A stretch of DNA of 64,000 nucleotides from Eledone cirrhosa (lineage: Eukaryota): the NCBI GenBank assembly GCA_964016885.1, contig OZ024753.1:36766001-36830000 (forward strand), read 5' to 3'. Each line of letters starts with the position of its first letter. Positions within the stretch are counted from its first letter, which is position 1. The notes beneath the pieces were generated by a model. It saw only the letters and a program-made list of their open reading frames with translations, searched no databases and was not told the DNA's origin. A program made the position numbers and the translations under genes. Positions 32,227 through 48,717 of the stretch are shown here, piece by piece.

Positions 32227-32868
32227 TATATATACATATATATATATGCATTATATATATATATATACTTGATATATATATATATATATATATGCATTAT
32301 ATTTATATATACTTGATATATATATAGATATAGATATATATATAGATATATAGATATAGATATATATATATATATATATGAATGAAAAATGGCGAGCTGT
32401 GCTGTTGTTGCAAATAGGATATATCTAATAAATGAATACATATATATATGTGTGTGTATTTGGAGAAGGGGAGGGAGATTATGGTAGGGGACAGTCGGTG
32501 GGGGGTGAGAAGAAGAATAAGGAGATGAAGATCTTGAAAAAGTTGAAGTTGAAGTGTGGGGTAGGCGAAATTTTAAAGAAAGGGGTTAGCAAATGATTAT
32601 CACACACCCCCAACCCTGTCCATTCGCAGGGGACCAGGCCTGAGAAGATCTCCTTTATTTATTAAAAATATTTGGCAAACAACTCATGAAAATTAACTTG
32701 GAAAGAAGTTAACGATAAGAAGAACACAAAGGAAAAAGGAAAAATAAAAAGAGAGGCGGATGATTAAGAGGAGGTGGAGTATGAGTAGGAAGGGGAGGAG
32801 GTGTGATGTTGATGATGGTGATGATTATAATGAGGAGGAAGAGGAGGAGGAGAATGAGGTTGGTGATG

Positions 32869-32901
<33 letters not shown>

Positions 32902-33218
32902 GTGATGGTGAGGCTGTGGTGGCTGGTACTGGTAGAAGCGATGCCGGTAGTACTGATATATATATATATATAACAAAGGAATTGTGGTAAGGAACCAGAT
33001 GGAGCATAACGCACCAGAGTACTCAATACTTAGGGTAGTAGAGCTCAAGCCGTTTCGACAAGTGGTTCCTTACCATAATTCCTTTGCTGGTTCCTTACCA
33101 CAATTCCTTTGTATTGAGTACTCTGGTGCGTTATGGTCCATCTGGTTCCTTACCACAATTCTTTGCGTCCAGAAATAGCCGTCGAAACGGCTTGAGCTCT
33201 GCCGTCGGGGTCATACTT

Positions 33219-33310
<92 letters not shown>

Positions 33311-33531
33311 AAATATGTGAAATCCTTGGTACAGTTAGGTATATTTGAAAAAAGGAAAAGAATGACTTCACTTGTAGTTCTAAACAATTTGATTTAATTT
33401 TATAATATTATAATATTATATTATAATATAAAATTAAATCAAATTGTTTAGAATTACAAGTGAAGTCATTCTTTTCCTTTTTTCAAATATATATATATGT
33501 ACATATATAAACCTGTGTATATATATATACA

Positions 33532-33644
<113 letters not shown>

Positions 33645-33704
33645 GTGTATATATATATATATGTATATATAAACATGTATATGTGTATATATATATGTAT
33701 GTAA

Positions 33705-33743
<39 letters not shown>

Positions 33744-33819
33744 GTATGTGTTCCTACGTGTAAAAAATACATATAGGGATACAAGTATTATCCAACTGTA
33801 TGCCAATGTGGTTCTATGG

Positions 33820-34049
<230 letters not shown>

Positions 34050-34254
34050 CATAATTATCTATTTACAAATAACTACTTATGTGTGTTTGTGCTCAGTACG
34101 TACATAAATTAATACACATTAAAAGAGTAAAAACGTTTCTATTTATATATATCTTAAATCGTAAGTGATTAATTAAACGGAAATAATTTAGGTTTAATTA
34201 TCAGTATAGACCTGTCGACAAATTAATTGATGCTAATTAATTTTATATGTATAC

Positions 34255-34305
<51 letters not shown>

Positions 34306-34429
34306 CGAATATATAAAATCATATATAAAATGTTTATATACAATAAACATACTACGTATATATGTATATATATATATGTATATATATATGTGTGTGTATG
34401 TATATATATTTATATATATATATACATAT

Positions 34430-34485
<56 letters not shown>

Positions 34486-34664
34486 ATGTGTGTGTATGTG
34501 TGCGTGTGTGTGTAATGCGGTAGAGACATACATAGATACATACATAAGATGATGATGAATTCGTTGTTGGTGACGATGATGATGATGATGATGATGATGT
34601 GTAGGAAGAGAAGGAGAGGCAGTATATATTTATTAACCACAATCTCTTATGATACCAACTAAAT

Positions 34665-35280
34665 ACTAGGCACAAATCCAGGAAGGGGAAACTCGGTTAT
34701 ATCAGCCCAGGTTTTGACTGATACTTTATTTTACCGATCTCTGAAGTATTATATCAAACGATCTAATGATTCTGCTAACCCTATGCCTTACGTTTCTCAA
34801 TAATAATGGTTTCTCATATAGGCACAAGGCCAGTAATTTGGGGAGAGGGGAAAGTCGATTAAATCGATCCCAGTGCGTGACTGGTACTTTATTTTATCGA
34901 CCGCGTAAGGATGAAAGGCAAAGTTAACCTCGGCGGGATTTGAACTCAGATCATACAGGGCCGTAACTCTATGCTGCAAAGCATGGCGTCCGAACTTCTA
35001 CCGATACTGCCAATCCACCGCCCTGGGTTTCTCAATAATAATAATAATTATATCAACATTGGTTTCTGATTTAGACACAAGACCAACAATTGTGAGGAAG
35101 GGGGTGGGAATTGATTAAATCGACCTCAGTGTGTGACTGGTACTTTATTTTATTGACATCGTCAGAATGAAAAGCATATCTAACCTCGACTTGATTTGAA
35201 CTCAGAACTTAAAGGAACGTTACTATATGCCACAAAGCCTGTTACCCGATGCTCTAACGATTCTGCTAATCCACTGCCCT
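34665..35280 (-). mobile_element. Three adjacent SINE copies of different divergence
   Basis: The block tactttattttatcgac...ggatttgaactcaga...ccaccgccc is repeated. Confidence 0.8.
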
Positions 35281-35878
35281 AGGTCCATCAATAACCATAA
35301 TTATATCAATAAAAGCAATAATTGCATTGATAAGTATAAAGCACAAATATTGGCTAGGTAAGAGATGGGTGAGTGAGAGAGTCAAATAATTGACAGACCC
35401 CATGTATCATTGCTATTTATTTACATCATGTTTCCTACGGGGAGAGAAAACACAAGCAGCATCAGCAGATACAGCAGCATTACCAGCATAGAATGTGTTT
35501 CAACAATTAATAACTCTAATAGTAACAATGATAATGTAATAATTGTTACACAAAATAATATGTTTGTTGTTTGGTAATGAGAATATATTCTATTTTTTTT
35601 TACAAATGTAATGCTTATCAAATATATATCAAATATATTATTATTACATTAGAGACGTCCCTTTACGATCTGAGTTCAAATCCCGCCGAGGTTGACTTTG
35701 CCTTTCATCCTTACGGGGTCGATAAAATAAAGTACCAGTAATGCACTGGGTAATTGCTGGCCTTGTGCCTAAAGTAGAAACAATTATTATTACATTAGAG
35801 AGAAAAGATGCACATATATTCATACACACACACAGATGAATATATTTAGTGTATATCTAATATATATATATCATACAA

Positions 35879-35974
<96 letters not shown>

Positions 35975-36084
35975 TACGTATCTATTTATACATACATACA
36001 TGTATACATAAAATACAAAATACAAAATACAAGCATGCACACTCATGTATATATAAATGTCTATGTAAGTGTATATATATATAA

Positions 36085-36128
<44 letters not shown>

Positions 36129-36341
36129 ACATATATATAAATATATGTATATATATTCATATGTATATACATACATATATGTGTGTGTGCTTATGTGAAT
36201 TCCTTCGAACGTAGATTAACTCATACATACACACATATATACATACGTAAGAACCTGAAATTGTTTACGTGAAGTGACTTTAATAGAATTAAAATTAATC
36301 TCGTTACTTAGAAAATGATATATGTATACATAAATATATAC

Positions 36342-36395
<54 letters not shown>

Positions 36396-36497
36396 GTAGA
36401 ACACTGGAGGGTAAGGTAAAACAATTGTTCTCGGTATGGTGAACTAACTGTTGTGTAACCACTTCTATATATATATATAGAGAGAGAGATAGATATG

Positions 36498-36810
36498 TTT
36501 CTTTATTAGCCACAGGGGAACAAAATAAGGGGACAATTACAAAGGGGGGAGTTTACATACAATAAAAACGTGTAAAATGTTATCACAATTGTAAATTAAA
36601 AGTAAATCGATTTTCCCCAATAGGGGGAGACAGTTCATATGGGTAGCACATACTCCCGAAAAAAATGTGCAACCCTCATCTCCAGGAGTACGAAGAGTTT
36701 GTACCACTTTCCTCTCTTCCTCTTTTTCCTCAACCTACAAGCTGATATAGAGAGAAGGCCCTCTCACTCGGGCCATTCTCGCCACTTTCACCCACCTTTC
36801 ATAAAACTTA
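36498..36810 (-). mobile_element. L1/Tx1-type LINE 3' fragment
   Basis: The minus strand encodes KFYERWVKVARMARVRGPSLYISL* (F..RW is typical of Tx1 ORF2 C-termini), followed by a 3' UTR ending aataaagaaa. Confidence 0.55.
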
Positions 36811-36944
36811 TAGATAGATAGATATAAATAGGCAAATGCATATACTCATATATATGAATATACCGATGCATATCTATCATATCTATCCATCTATCTATAT
36901 ATATATATATAGTATATTATATTGTATTATATATATAGTATATG

Positions 36945-37120
36945 GTGGTGGCTGCCAACTCGTTTTCGAGTACGGCCACTACTTTATATCCATGTAGGAG
37001 AACCCCTACCGATGCGCTGAACGAGTGTGACTTTTTAGTCCAGCCAGCGACTTGAAAACTCTGGTACAAACACTACACTTGTGACAATTATTGACACATA
37101 GTGCTGGCCCATGGTACCAT
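36945..37120 (-). mobile_element. RTE-type LINE 3' end encoding a terminal C2H2 zinc finger
   Basis: Translation [23 protein letters not shown] followed by a short 3' UTR with a ctcgaaaacgag hairpin. Copies at 11811-11982 (-) and 49716-49797 (+). Confidence 0.75.
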
Positions 37121-37282
37121 GTAACGCCAAGTGCAGAGAGATCTCCAGATATATAGCAATGCCTGTGCCGTGAAGCTTTTATAGTGAGCAAAGGCACTGC
37201 ACAAAGCCAGTGTATATATAGTATATATATATATATACAGTATATATATATATACAGTGTGTATATATATATATATATATAG

Positions 37283-37316
<34 letters not shown>

Positions 37317-37456
37317 TATATATAAAAATATAAATATATAAATATATATATATATAAAGGGGTAGTTGTGGTAAGGAACCAGATGGACCATAACGACTTT
37401 AGTCCAGAAATAGCCGACGAAATGGCTTGAGCTCTGCCGTCGGGTCATACTTTCTC

Positions 37457-37549
<93 letters not shown>

Positions 37550-37630
37550 TATGTATGTATATATGTGTATATGTATATATGTGTTTATATATATATGTGT
37601 GTATATATATATAATATACTTATTATGTTC

Positions 37631-37674
<44 letters not shown>

Positions 37675-38005
37675 TTTTTTTTTTTTTACTTGTTATATTT
37701 TATATATATATATATTTTTATATATATATATATATTTTTTTTTAATATATATATATATATATATTCATTACCGTTGTATTCGGTTAAGTTAGGACATAGA
37801 AGTAGTGTTGATGAGAATGCCCTATCGAAGTAAACAAAAAAATGACATTATTGATTTGTTAACTAATCGATAGCAGTTATGCAACCACATACTACTAATC
37901 TCAACTTCGAACAGGTATTTCTTCTGTCTATTGTCACAAACAATATCCATATATACATATATTCACACACACACACTTATGTACAAAGAAAAATAAATAT
38001 AAAGA

Positions 38006-38092
<87 letters not shown>

Positions 38093-38095
38093 ATG

Positions 38096-38139
<44 letters not shown>

Positions 38140-39279
38140 ATTTGTTGGGATTCAACAAGCTTAAACATTTATATCATTTATATATATATATATATATATA
38201 TATTTGTATATACAGGTATATGTAAATATGCATGTATATATATATATATCCATACTTATGGTTATATATATATTTATACATTTATATATAAGCATATGTG
38301 TATATCTATATGTATTTTCTATGCATATATTAGTAGATCCATTAGTTATGATTGTTAATCTTTAACCCAACGTCAACTCGGAACAAAGGCGTTCTTGTCG
38401 TGACAATCACATCCTACTCTCCCATGTGTCACCTTTATAAAATCTGAGTGTCATCAGTTTATAAAAATGTGGGTATTATTTCTAGCATGCCGGGTGACGT
38501 GTTAGGAGACGCCCGTTCCAAGTATCTTTCATTCATCAAATCTCTATAACTAGCCAGATGGAACATCATCTCCTTCTTTAACGTAGCATCTATAACAGAC
38601 TTTAACAGTAACTTACACACAGACACAGACTTTTAACTCTATCTATACCTACCTGTGTCTGTGTGTTTGTACCGTACTTTTTCTCTGTGTGTTACGGTTT
38701 CCCAATGTCTGTCTGTGACTGTGAAGGCGCGTGGCTGAGTGGATAGGGTATTCGGCTAACGATCGTAAAGCTGTGAGTTCGATTTTCCGTGGCGTGTTGT
38801 CTCATTGAGTATGATGCTTTATTTCATATTAGTGTGAGCTACTCAGTGGAATAATTTAAATTGCATCTGTATGCCAAAACCACAGCTTTTTCACACATTG
38901 TGTTACGCGGTTTCTTCCTGTGGCATTTGATAGTCGAGTCTATTTCTCTCAGAGAAGAAGAGAGAGATAGTGAAATAAAGATAAAGAGGCATAGAGGAGG
39001 AATCGTCCTCATTGTTCACTGGTATGTTTTTTAATCGACATCGAAAGGATGAAAGTCAAAGTTGACTTCGGCAGGATTTGAACTCAGAAAGCACAAAGAG
39101 CCTGGTGGAATAGTGCAAAGCATCCTATCCAATATTTTAACGACTCATATTGTAAAATGTATTTGTCCAAGATGTCACACACTAGGATCGAGAACGGGCC
39201 CTTATGATTTCGAAGCGAACTTCATAACCATTTGGGCATACTGCGTCCACTAGCAGAAAAAAAAGTAATGTTAAATATA

Positions 39280-39502
39280 CTGAAAAGTTCATAGGCTGAC
39301 CAAATAAGATTTATTTTTCATGGTATAACCAAATGGGTTTATGTTTCATGGTTTGACCAAATGAGGTTTATTTTTCAACATAGTCCTTGGAAAGAACCAA
39401 TACAGCTATTTATAAGAAGAGTTGAAATTAATGCATGCAAGATTACGCAGCTCTAGCCTCAGTCCTTCGTGGTCAGGCTGAACTTTTCAACCGACCCTCG
39501 TA
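39280..39502. mobile_element. Mariner-type non-autonomous element (MITE)
   Basis: The right end tggtcaggctgaacttttcaaccgaccctcgTA is the reverse complement of a TACGAGGG..TGAAAAGTTC mariner-like TIR; the left partial TIR is ctgaaaagttcataggctgacca. Confidence 0.7.
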
Positions 39503-39963
39503 TAAATATATCTGACCAATATGCCAAACACTGATATTGAAAATGGAACTTGATGATTGCGAAGCATACTTTGCAAAAATTCGGGAACGCTAGATTCATT
39601 TACAACAGCAGACAAAACAAAGAAAAAATGTTAATAAGATATTTGTTTGCAGAAATGAAGAGAAACAGAAGAGATTAATTAAAGTTTGTATGGCAGCTTA
39701 GAACTGGTGAAGAAGAGATAGAATTGACATTAGACATGTAAAGAGGCGTCAGTAAGGATTGAAAAACTACGATTGCTCAACTTGATAATCATGTATTTAC
39801 TCCTTAAATTCAACTGTTTAACATAGGTTTGTAGATTTGAGGAAAAGATTAAACATCTCTTTGTTGTAAACATGAATATGTACGCACACATGCACACATG
39901 CATACACACGCATATACCCACATATATATACATACAAATACACACAAGTATAATGTATATAAA

Positions 39964-40041
<78 letters not shown>

Positions 40042-40125
40042 TGAAGTGTGGTGAGGAACCAGGTGGACCGTTCAGAAAATGCTGTCGAAACGGCTGGAGA
40101 TCAGCCGTCGGGTCCTGACTCTTTT

Positions 40126-40228
<103 letters not shown>

Positions 40229-40326
40229 CGTCCGAAACGTTAACAGCCTCTTCCTGCTATATCAAGCGTTAACCTAATACATCCCTTCCATATACTGTAC
40301 CGATTGTGTTGTTATTTCTGTTTACC

Positions 40327-41327
<1,001 letters not shown>

Positions 41328-42204
41328 ATGTGACTTTTTGTTAATTTATATGACTTATTTATTCACTGTCAGTCTGTCTCTCTGTCTGCATGTATGTGTG
41401 TATGTATGTCTGCATGCATGCCTGCGTCTATGTAGGTATATATATTCGCGTGTGTATACGTATATGCGTGTATTATGTGACCATGTTTGTCTTTGTGCTT
41501 ATGCATATATGTATAAAAGTATGTATGTATACATGCCTTAATACATAAGCATAAATATGTACATATATAAGTATGCATATATATATGTCTGCATATATAT
41601 ATACATACACACACATATATATATGTATCCATGTATGTGTGTGTGTATATATGTATGTATGAATGTATGTAAGTACCTGCGTACGTGTATGTGTCTGTAC
41701 GTGTGCATGTTTTATACGCGCAAATGTGTATACGTGCGCATGTGAGATTTGGACAGCTGTTGAAGTGGCCAACCAACAGAGAGATAACTACACCTCCTCC
41801 TTCTCCGCCTTCCTCTCCTTTCTCCTTCTGCTCCTCTTCATTCTCCTCCTTCTTCTTCTTCTTCATCTCCTCTTCCTTCTCCCCTTCCTCTTCCTTCTTT
41901 TCTCCCCTTTCTGTAGGTGACCAGACCCCCTGTTGTCCAAGTGTCAAGCGCTGCAGGCCGAAACCGATATTTTTCTTTAGTTTCGAAACAAGAACCCATC
42001 ACCCACCCACCCAGCCACCCCTCCATTTTTCCATACCTCATTCTCCGCCATCTTTACTTCCACCCCTCCATCACATCAGCACCTCCACAATATAACACCC
42101 ACTCCTCCACATCCTCCCCAGTGTAGCTCCAAGACAACCACTTGAAAATGTTACCAACAGTTTGTGGACACACAAGCTTGTATATATGATATATATATGT
42201 ATGA

Positions 42205-42342
<138 letters not shown>

Positions 42343-42509
42343 AGAGAGAAGGAGAGAGAGGGAGAGAGGACATAGATAGATAGAGGGATCGTGAGAGAGT
42401 TAGACAGGGGTAGACAATCAGACAGATACTGCTTGTGCTCCTGCGAATACTACAAATGGACCACCAATACCACACCTATCAATACCATCAATTATATTAA
42501 TTATTATTA

Positions 42510-42820
42510 TTCAAATCCGCCGAGGTTAACTTTGCTTTTCATCCTTACGGGGTCGATGAAATAAAGTACCAGTAATGCATTGGGGTATTTGCTGGCCTTG
42601 TGCCAAAAGTAGTAACATTATTATCATAGGGCGGTGGATTGGCAGTATCGATAGAGGGTCGGACGCCATGCTTTCCAGCATAGTTATGTCCCTTTACGAT
42701 CTGAGTTCAAATCCCGCCGAGGTTGACTTTGCCTTTCATCCTTACGGGGTCGATAAAATAAAGTACCAGTAATGCACTGGGTAATTGCTGGCCTTGTGCT
42801 TAAAGTAGAAACAATTATTA
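42510..42820 (+). mobile_element. Partial + full tandem SINE copies
   Basis: Same family as 17341; the full copy starts ggcggtggattggcag at about 42629. Confidence 0.9.
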
Positions 42821-43048
42821 TCATTATTATTATAAGGCCAAATATTTTCGTTAGATAATCAAATATTTGTCTATAACCTCGTGCGTTAGAGCTAAGCATA
42901 AAGGTATGTATGCATGTATATATAAACACACACACATACACATACACGCGTGCGCGCAAGCACATATATATATACACACACATATACATGTCTGTGTATG
43001 TGTATATGAGCATATGCCTGTATATACCTATTCATGTGTATATATATA

Positions 43049-43121
<73 letters not shown>

Positions 43122-43224
43122 GAATAGGTATATACAGGCATATGCTCATATACAAATATGCTCATATACATATATATATATATATATATATAGATAGATA
43201 TATATATATATATATGTATGTATG

Positions 43225-43315
<91 letters not shown>

Positions 43316-43977
43316 TCATACATATTTGCCTATAAAAACATATTCAGAATTTTGAAAATTGAAAAACTATTTTTACATACTTTGTCATTCAAAAGTGATC
43401 TAAATTAAAAGATGGCTTTTTGTTAATAAAAAATATAATATTAAGAAGAAAAAATGTTATAAAAAATGTCATTTATATTAATATACGCAATAAATATACT
43501 GAAGGGAGGAGGTTAGAAATTTCGACGCCATTTTGTTTTTTTGCGTATATTTCATAAACTATCTTTGATTGACATCTTAGTTTCTATGGCTGTTTTTGTT
43601 GTAGTAGTTGTTATTGCTTTTGTTATCGTTCTTGTTGTTGCTACTGTTATTGTAGGTAGTGGTGGTGATAGTGGTGGCGGTGGTGGTCGTCGTTGTTGCC
43701 GTCATCGCTGTCACAGTGGTGTTGCTATTGGTGCTGTGGTGTCGGTGGTCGTGGTGTTATTGTTCGTAGTGGTGTTGTGGTGGTGGTGGTGGTGGTGGTG
43801 GTGGTGGTGTTATGGTGGTGGTGGTGATGGTTGTGGTGGTGGTTATGGTGGTGGCTGTTGGTTTGAGAAGGTAGTTGATGTTATGCTGTTTATTTTCAAG
43901 ATTCTTTTAGCAAGATTAATATATTCGCTATAATATATAATTATATATATATATATATATACAAATACACAACAATA

Positions 43978-44075
<98 letters not shown>

Positions 44076-44129
44076 AAATATACAAATACAAATACACAAA
44101 TATATGTACGCTAATATATATGTATACAT

Positions 44130-44178
<49 letters not shown>

Positions 44179-44226
44179 AAATACACAAATATATATTTAA
44201 GCAACCATATATATATATATATTTTG

Positions 44227-44258
<32 letters not shown>

Positions 44259-44830
44259 CATATACATACACATATGTGTGTGTGTGTGTGTCTATCTGTA
44301 TATATAAATACATAAGGTTTGAGTTTGTATGTGTGAGATAGTGTATATATATGTTTGTGTGAGTATATACCATAGCTACTTGTGGTATACCGTCTTAAAT
44401 TAAATTAGTTTCAGAAAGATAGTGAAATAAAACTATAAAGCAACAACAACAACAACAGCAAACAAAGAAGACAACAAGACAAGAAAACAACAACAACAAT
44501 AACAAACCAAAAAACCAACAAAACAACAAACAAACCACGTAACAAATATTGGAAATATTTGAAAAAATATAAATGTTCTGAGAACTGAAGGAATAGCAAA
44601 AACCAAAGCTGAATAAATATAAAATATAAATGTAGAAATATTGAAAGATGGATCGAAACTGTAAAAAAATGGTAAATAAATATTTCTATATATTATTGTG
44701 TGTATATGTGTCTATGTGTGTGAGTGTGTGTGCATGTAGTGAGTGTGTTTGTGTGCGCCTGTGTGTTTCTGTGTGTGTGTGTGCGTTATTTGTAATTTTT
44801 AATATCTTCAATAATTAAATATCTAGTAGC

Positions 44831-44869
<39 letters not shown>

Positions 44870-45221
44870 TGTTGTAGTAGTAGTTGTTGTTGTAGTAATA
44901 GTAAAAACAACGTTTGTCAAATGTTTCTCTGTGCTACCGCCAGAACACAAGGATGACGATGGTTATCTAAAAAAAACATAGCTTAATGAAGCTATGTGCT
45001 TCCTATCGAATCAAATAATATTATTATTTTTGCCTTTCATCCTTACGGGGTCGATAAAATAAAGTACCAGTAATGTACTGGGTAATTTCTGGCCTTGTGC
45101 CTAATATAGAAACAATTATTATTATTCGATATAAAATCCACGAATATATCTACGTATCCGCTATGTTAGAGCTAAAAACCAAATTCTAATTGTGTTCATA
45201 CATATATATACATATATATAT

Positions 45222-45462
45222 AGAAGTAAAAGTTAAGTGGAAATGTCCAAGAGTAAGAGCACTCGGTCCATAGGATGAGTTTAGTATAAATAATTATTAT
45301 AACAGTGACATAAACAGGTATTCAAGTTTCGTTGGGTTTTGGGCCCCAATTTCTTCAGCCTGTCATGAGAAAAATGGAAAACCATTTTTCTCATGACAGG
45401 CTGAAGATATTGGGGCCCAGAACCCAACGAAACTTGAATACCTGTTTATGTCACTGTTGTAA

Positions 45463-45470
<8 letters not shown>
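45222..45470 (-). mobile_element. Fold-back PLE-like remnant (family F); terminal fragment also at 11021-11068
   Basis: Palindrome centred at about 45379. The terminus agtaaaagttaagtggaaat(g/a)tccaag is shared with 11025. Confidence 0.8.
45396..45445 (+). ncRNA. Type I HHR motif (mirror copy 45314-45363, -)
   Basis: ACAGG-CTGAAGA-ta TTGGG gcccagaa CCCAA c-GAAA-cttgaa-TA-CCTGT. Confidence 0.75.
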
Positions 45471-45497
<27 letters not shown>

Positions 45498-45502
<5 letters not shown>

Positions 45503-45796
45503 GTTTCTACTTTAGGCACAAGGCCAGCAAATACCCAGTGCATTACTGGTACTTTATTTTATCGACTCCGTAAGGATGAAAGGCAAAGTCAACCTCAGCG
45601 GGATTTGAACTCAGATCGTAAAGGGACGTAACTATGCTGGAAAGGGCGGTGGATTGGCAGTATCGGTAGAGGGTCGGACGCCATGCTTTCCAGCATAGTT
45701 ACGTCCCTTTACGATCTGAGTTCAAATCCCGCTGAGGTTGACTTTGCCTTTCATCCTTACGTGGTCGATAAAATAAAGTACCAGTAATGCACTAGG

Positions 45797-45800
<4 letters not shown>
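45498..45800. mobile_element. Head-to-head SINE fold-back inserted in (TA)n
   Basis: 45498-45643 (-, 5'-truncated) abuts 45644-45800 (+, 3'-truncated). Confidence 0.9.
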
Positions 45801-45868
<68 letters not shown>

Positions 45869-46424
45869 GGCGGCGATGCGATGTGGATTGAAATATTTGT
45901 TGGCAGTGGTGTGGATGAGGTATTGGAATGCTTAGTTTTCTTTGTCTGTTTCATAACATAACCAAAGAAAACATATATATTCATACTACCATAACTACCA
46001 CCACCTCCACCACTACTACAGCCACCTCCATCACTACCACCACCTCCACCACTACTACAGCCACTACCATAACTACCACCACCTCCACCACTACTACAGC
46101 CACTACCATCACTCCCACCACCTCCACCACTACTACTGTCACCACCATCACTACCACCACCTCCACCACTACCACTACCACCGCCACAATCATCTCTATT
46201 ACCTATATCGCCACCACTGCTACCACCTCCACCATCACCATCACCATCATAATCGCCGCCACCACCACTATTTGTAATAGGTATTCGGCTTATTTATTAT
46301 ACAGGAAATAACTAGCTTATTGATGCTAATAAGGTAACCGGAAACATGATGATTTTACCGGAAGTTAGTTTCGTATAATGTAGTTAGCCTCTAGCTGAGG
46401 GATGGACAGAGAAAAACTTAGTGG

Positions 46425-46456
<32 letters not shown>

Positions 46457-46851
46457 GAAGATCAAGGTGATGACGGGGAAAGTACTACGGATGATTCTTC
46501 CACCATATTTATTTATCACTAATATAGAGGAAGAATCGTCCATCTTTACCTTTCTCTGGAATAAATCTGCTGTGTTTTGACCTGGAGAGGGAACCGGCTC
46601 CTCCAGAATTTAAAACAATGCCCTAGAAACGTCGTATGTCAGTACAGTGCCCCTGCGACTCCTTCAGGAGTTACGGGACCACACATATCTACATTTAAAT
46701 TAAAACCATCCAGTATAATTATATAATTATATAAAATAATTTCTAAGTCAAGTTATAAATACTATCTCAGTAATGAAATGAGTAATAATTTGAATAAATC
46801 CCTCGAATTTTTTTATTAATTAATTGAAACAGCGAATATTATTACTAATAA

Positions 46852-47405
46852 GGGTGGTGGGTTGGCAGTATCGGTAGAGGGTCGGACGCCATGCTTTCCA
46901 GCATAGTTACGTCCCTTTACGATCCGAGTTCAAATCCCGCCGAGGTTGACTTTGCCTTTCATCCTTACGGGGTCGATAAAATAAAGTACCAGTAATGCAC
47001 TGGGGTAATTGCTGGCCTTGTGCCTAAAGTAGAAACAATTATTACTAATATACGGTGAATTAGCAATATCGGTAGAGGGTCGGACGCCATGCTTTCTAGC
47101 ATAGAGTTACTGCCCTTGCCATTCTGAGTTCAAATCCTGCCGAGGTTAACTCTGCCTTTCATCCTTACTGGGTCGCTAAAATTAAGTACCAGTCATGCAC
47201 TGGGGTCGATTTAATCGACTTTCCCGTCCCCAAAATTGCTGGCCTTGTGCCTATATGAGAAACTATTATAAGTCTCTTTACGGTTTGAGTTCAAATCCCG
47301 TCGAGGTTGACTTTGCCTTTCATCGTTACTGGGTCTATAAAATAAAGTACCAGTAATGTACTGGGTTATTGCTGGCCTTGTGCCAAAAGTAGAAACAATT
47401 ATTAC
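46852..47405 (+). mobile_element. Tandem SINE cluster (three units)
   Basis: Same family as 17341; units start at about 46852, 47052 and 47271. Confidence 0.9.
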
Positions 47406-47663
47406 TAATACAGTAACAAAAGGGTTGAAAAAGGGAAAATAAGATGGTATATTTATATAAAGGAAATGATGCATACCTTATAGATTTCAGTATTAACCCT
47501 GACACCACCCAACTTACTATTAAGGCACAAGTAGTTATACTATTAACATTCATTCCAAATTCTAAAGTTTTAAAATGAAAACAAAAATAAACTTAATTGG
47601 ATTAAAAGAGGACAAAAAATTCAAAAAATAATAAGTAATTATCGATGATGATGTTAGTGTAGC

Positions 47664-47880
47664 GGTGGTGGTGGTGGTGGTGGTGGTGGTGGTGGTGGTG
47701 GTGGTGGTGGTTGTGGTGGTGGTGGTGGTGGTGGTGGTGGTGGTGGTGGTGATGGTTGTGGTGGTGGTGGTGGTGGTGGTGATGGTGGTGGTGGTGGTGG
47801 TGGTGGTGGTGGTGGTGGTGGTGGTGGTGGTGGTGGTGGTTGTGGTGGTGGTGGTGGTGGTGGTGGTGGTGGTGGTGGTT
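47664..47880. repeat. (GGT)n microsatellite
   Basis: Near-pure GGT run, followed by (GAT)n, (GAA)n and (CAA)n. Confidence 0.97.
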
Positions 47881-47905
47881 GCTGACGAGGCTGAAGCTAA
47901 TGATG

Positions 47906-47936
<31 letters not shown>

Positions 47937-48581
47937 AGATGATGATGAAGAGAATGACAAGGATGTTGGTGATGAGGAAAATGAAGCAACATACCAACTA
48001 TTGTGGGGGCTGGTACTTGTGGAAAAGGTGCCAGTGGTACTGATGATAATGATGATGATTAGATGATGATGATAATGATGATGGTGATGATGAAGAAGAG
48101 GAGGAGGGGGTGATGGTTCAGAAGAAGAAGAAGAAGAAGAAGAAGAAGAAGAAGAAGAAGAAGAAGAAGAAGAAGAAGAACAACAACAACAACAACAACA
48201 ACAACACCAACAACAACAACAACAGCAACAACAACAACAAGAAAAATAACAAGTACAAGAAGGACAAGACAAAGACGGCGTCGTCGATGGCGTCCACTGA
48301 AAATATAATTAAATTAAAAGGACCAAAACTAAGATCCCAGCACAACTATAAAAGAGATAAAAACTGTCTAACTTCATTATCTCTTCTAGGGGTGTATTTT
48401 TAGCAAAAATTCTTAAATTCTTTACAGAACTGAAAGGGCGGGAAGAATGAGATGTGTATTCTTTATGATCTTAACATTAAATTCAGCAATTGAGTCAATT
48501 ACTGGTGTGTTAATGCCTGTATATTTGGCTTTTTGCTTATGTTTGTCTTCCTGTTTGTGTATTTAATGTATATATATATGC

Positions 48582-48636
<55 letters not shown>

Positions 48637-48656
48637 TGTGTGTATAAATATATATA

Positions 48657-48717
<61 letters not shown>

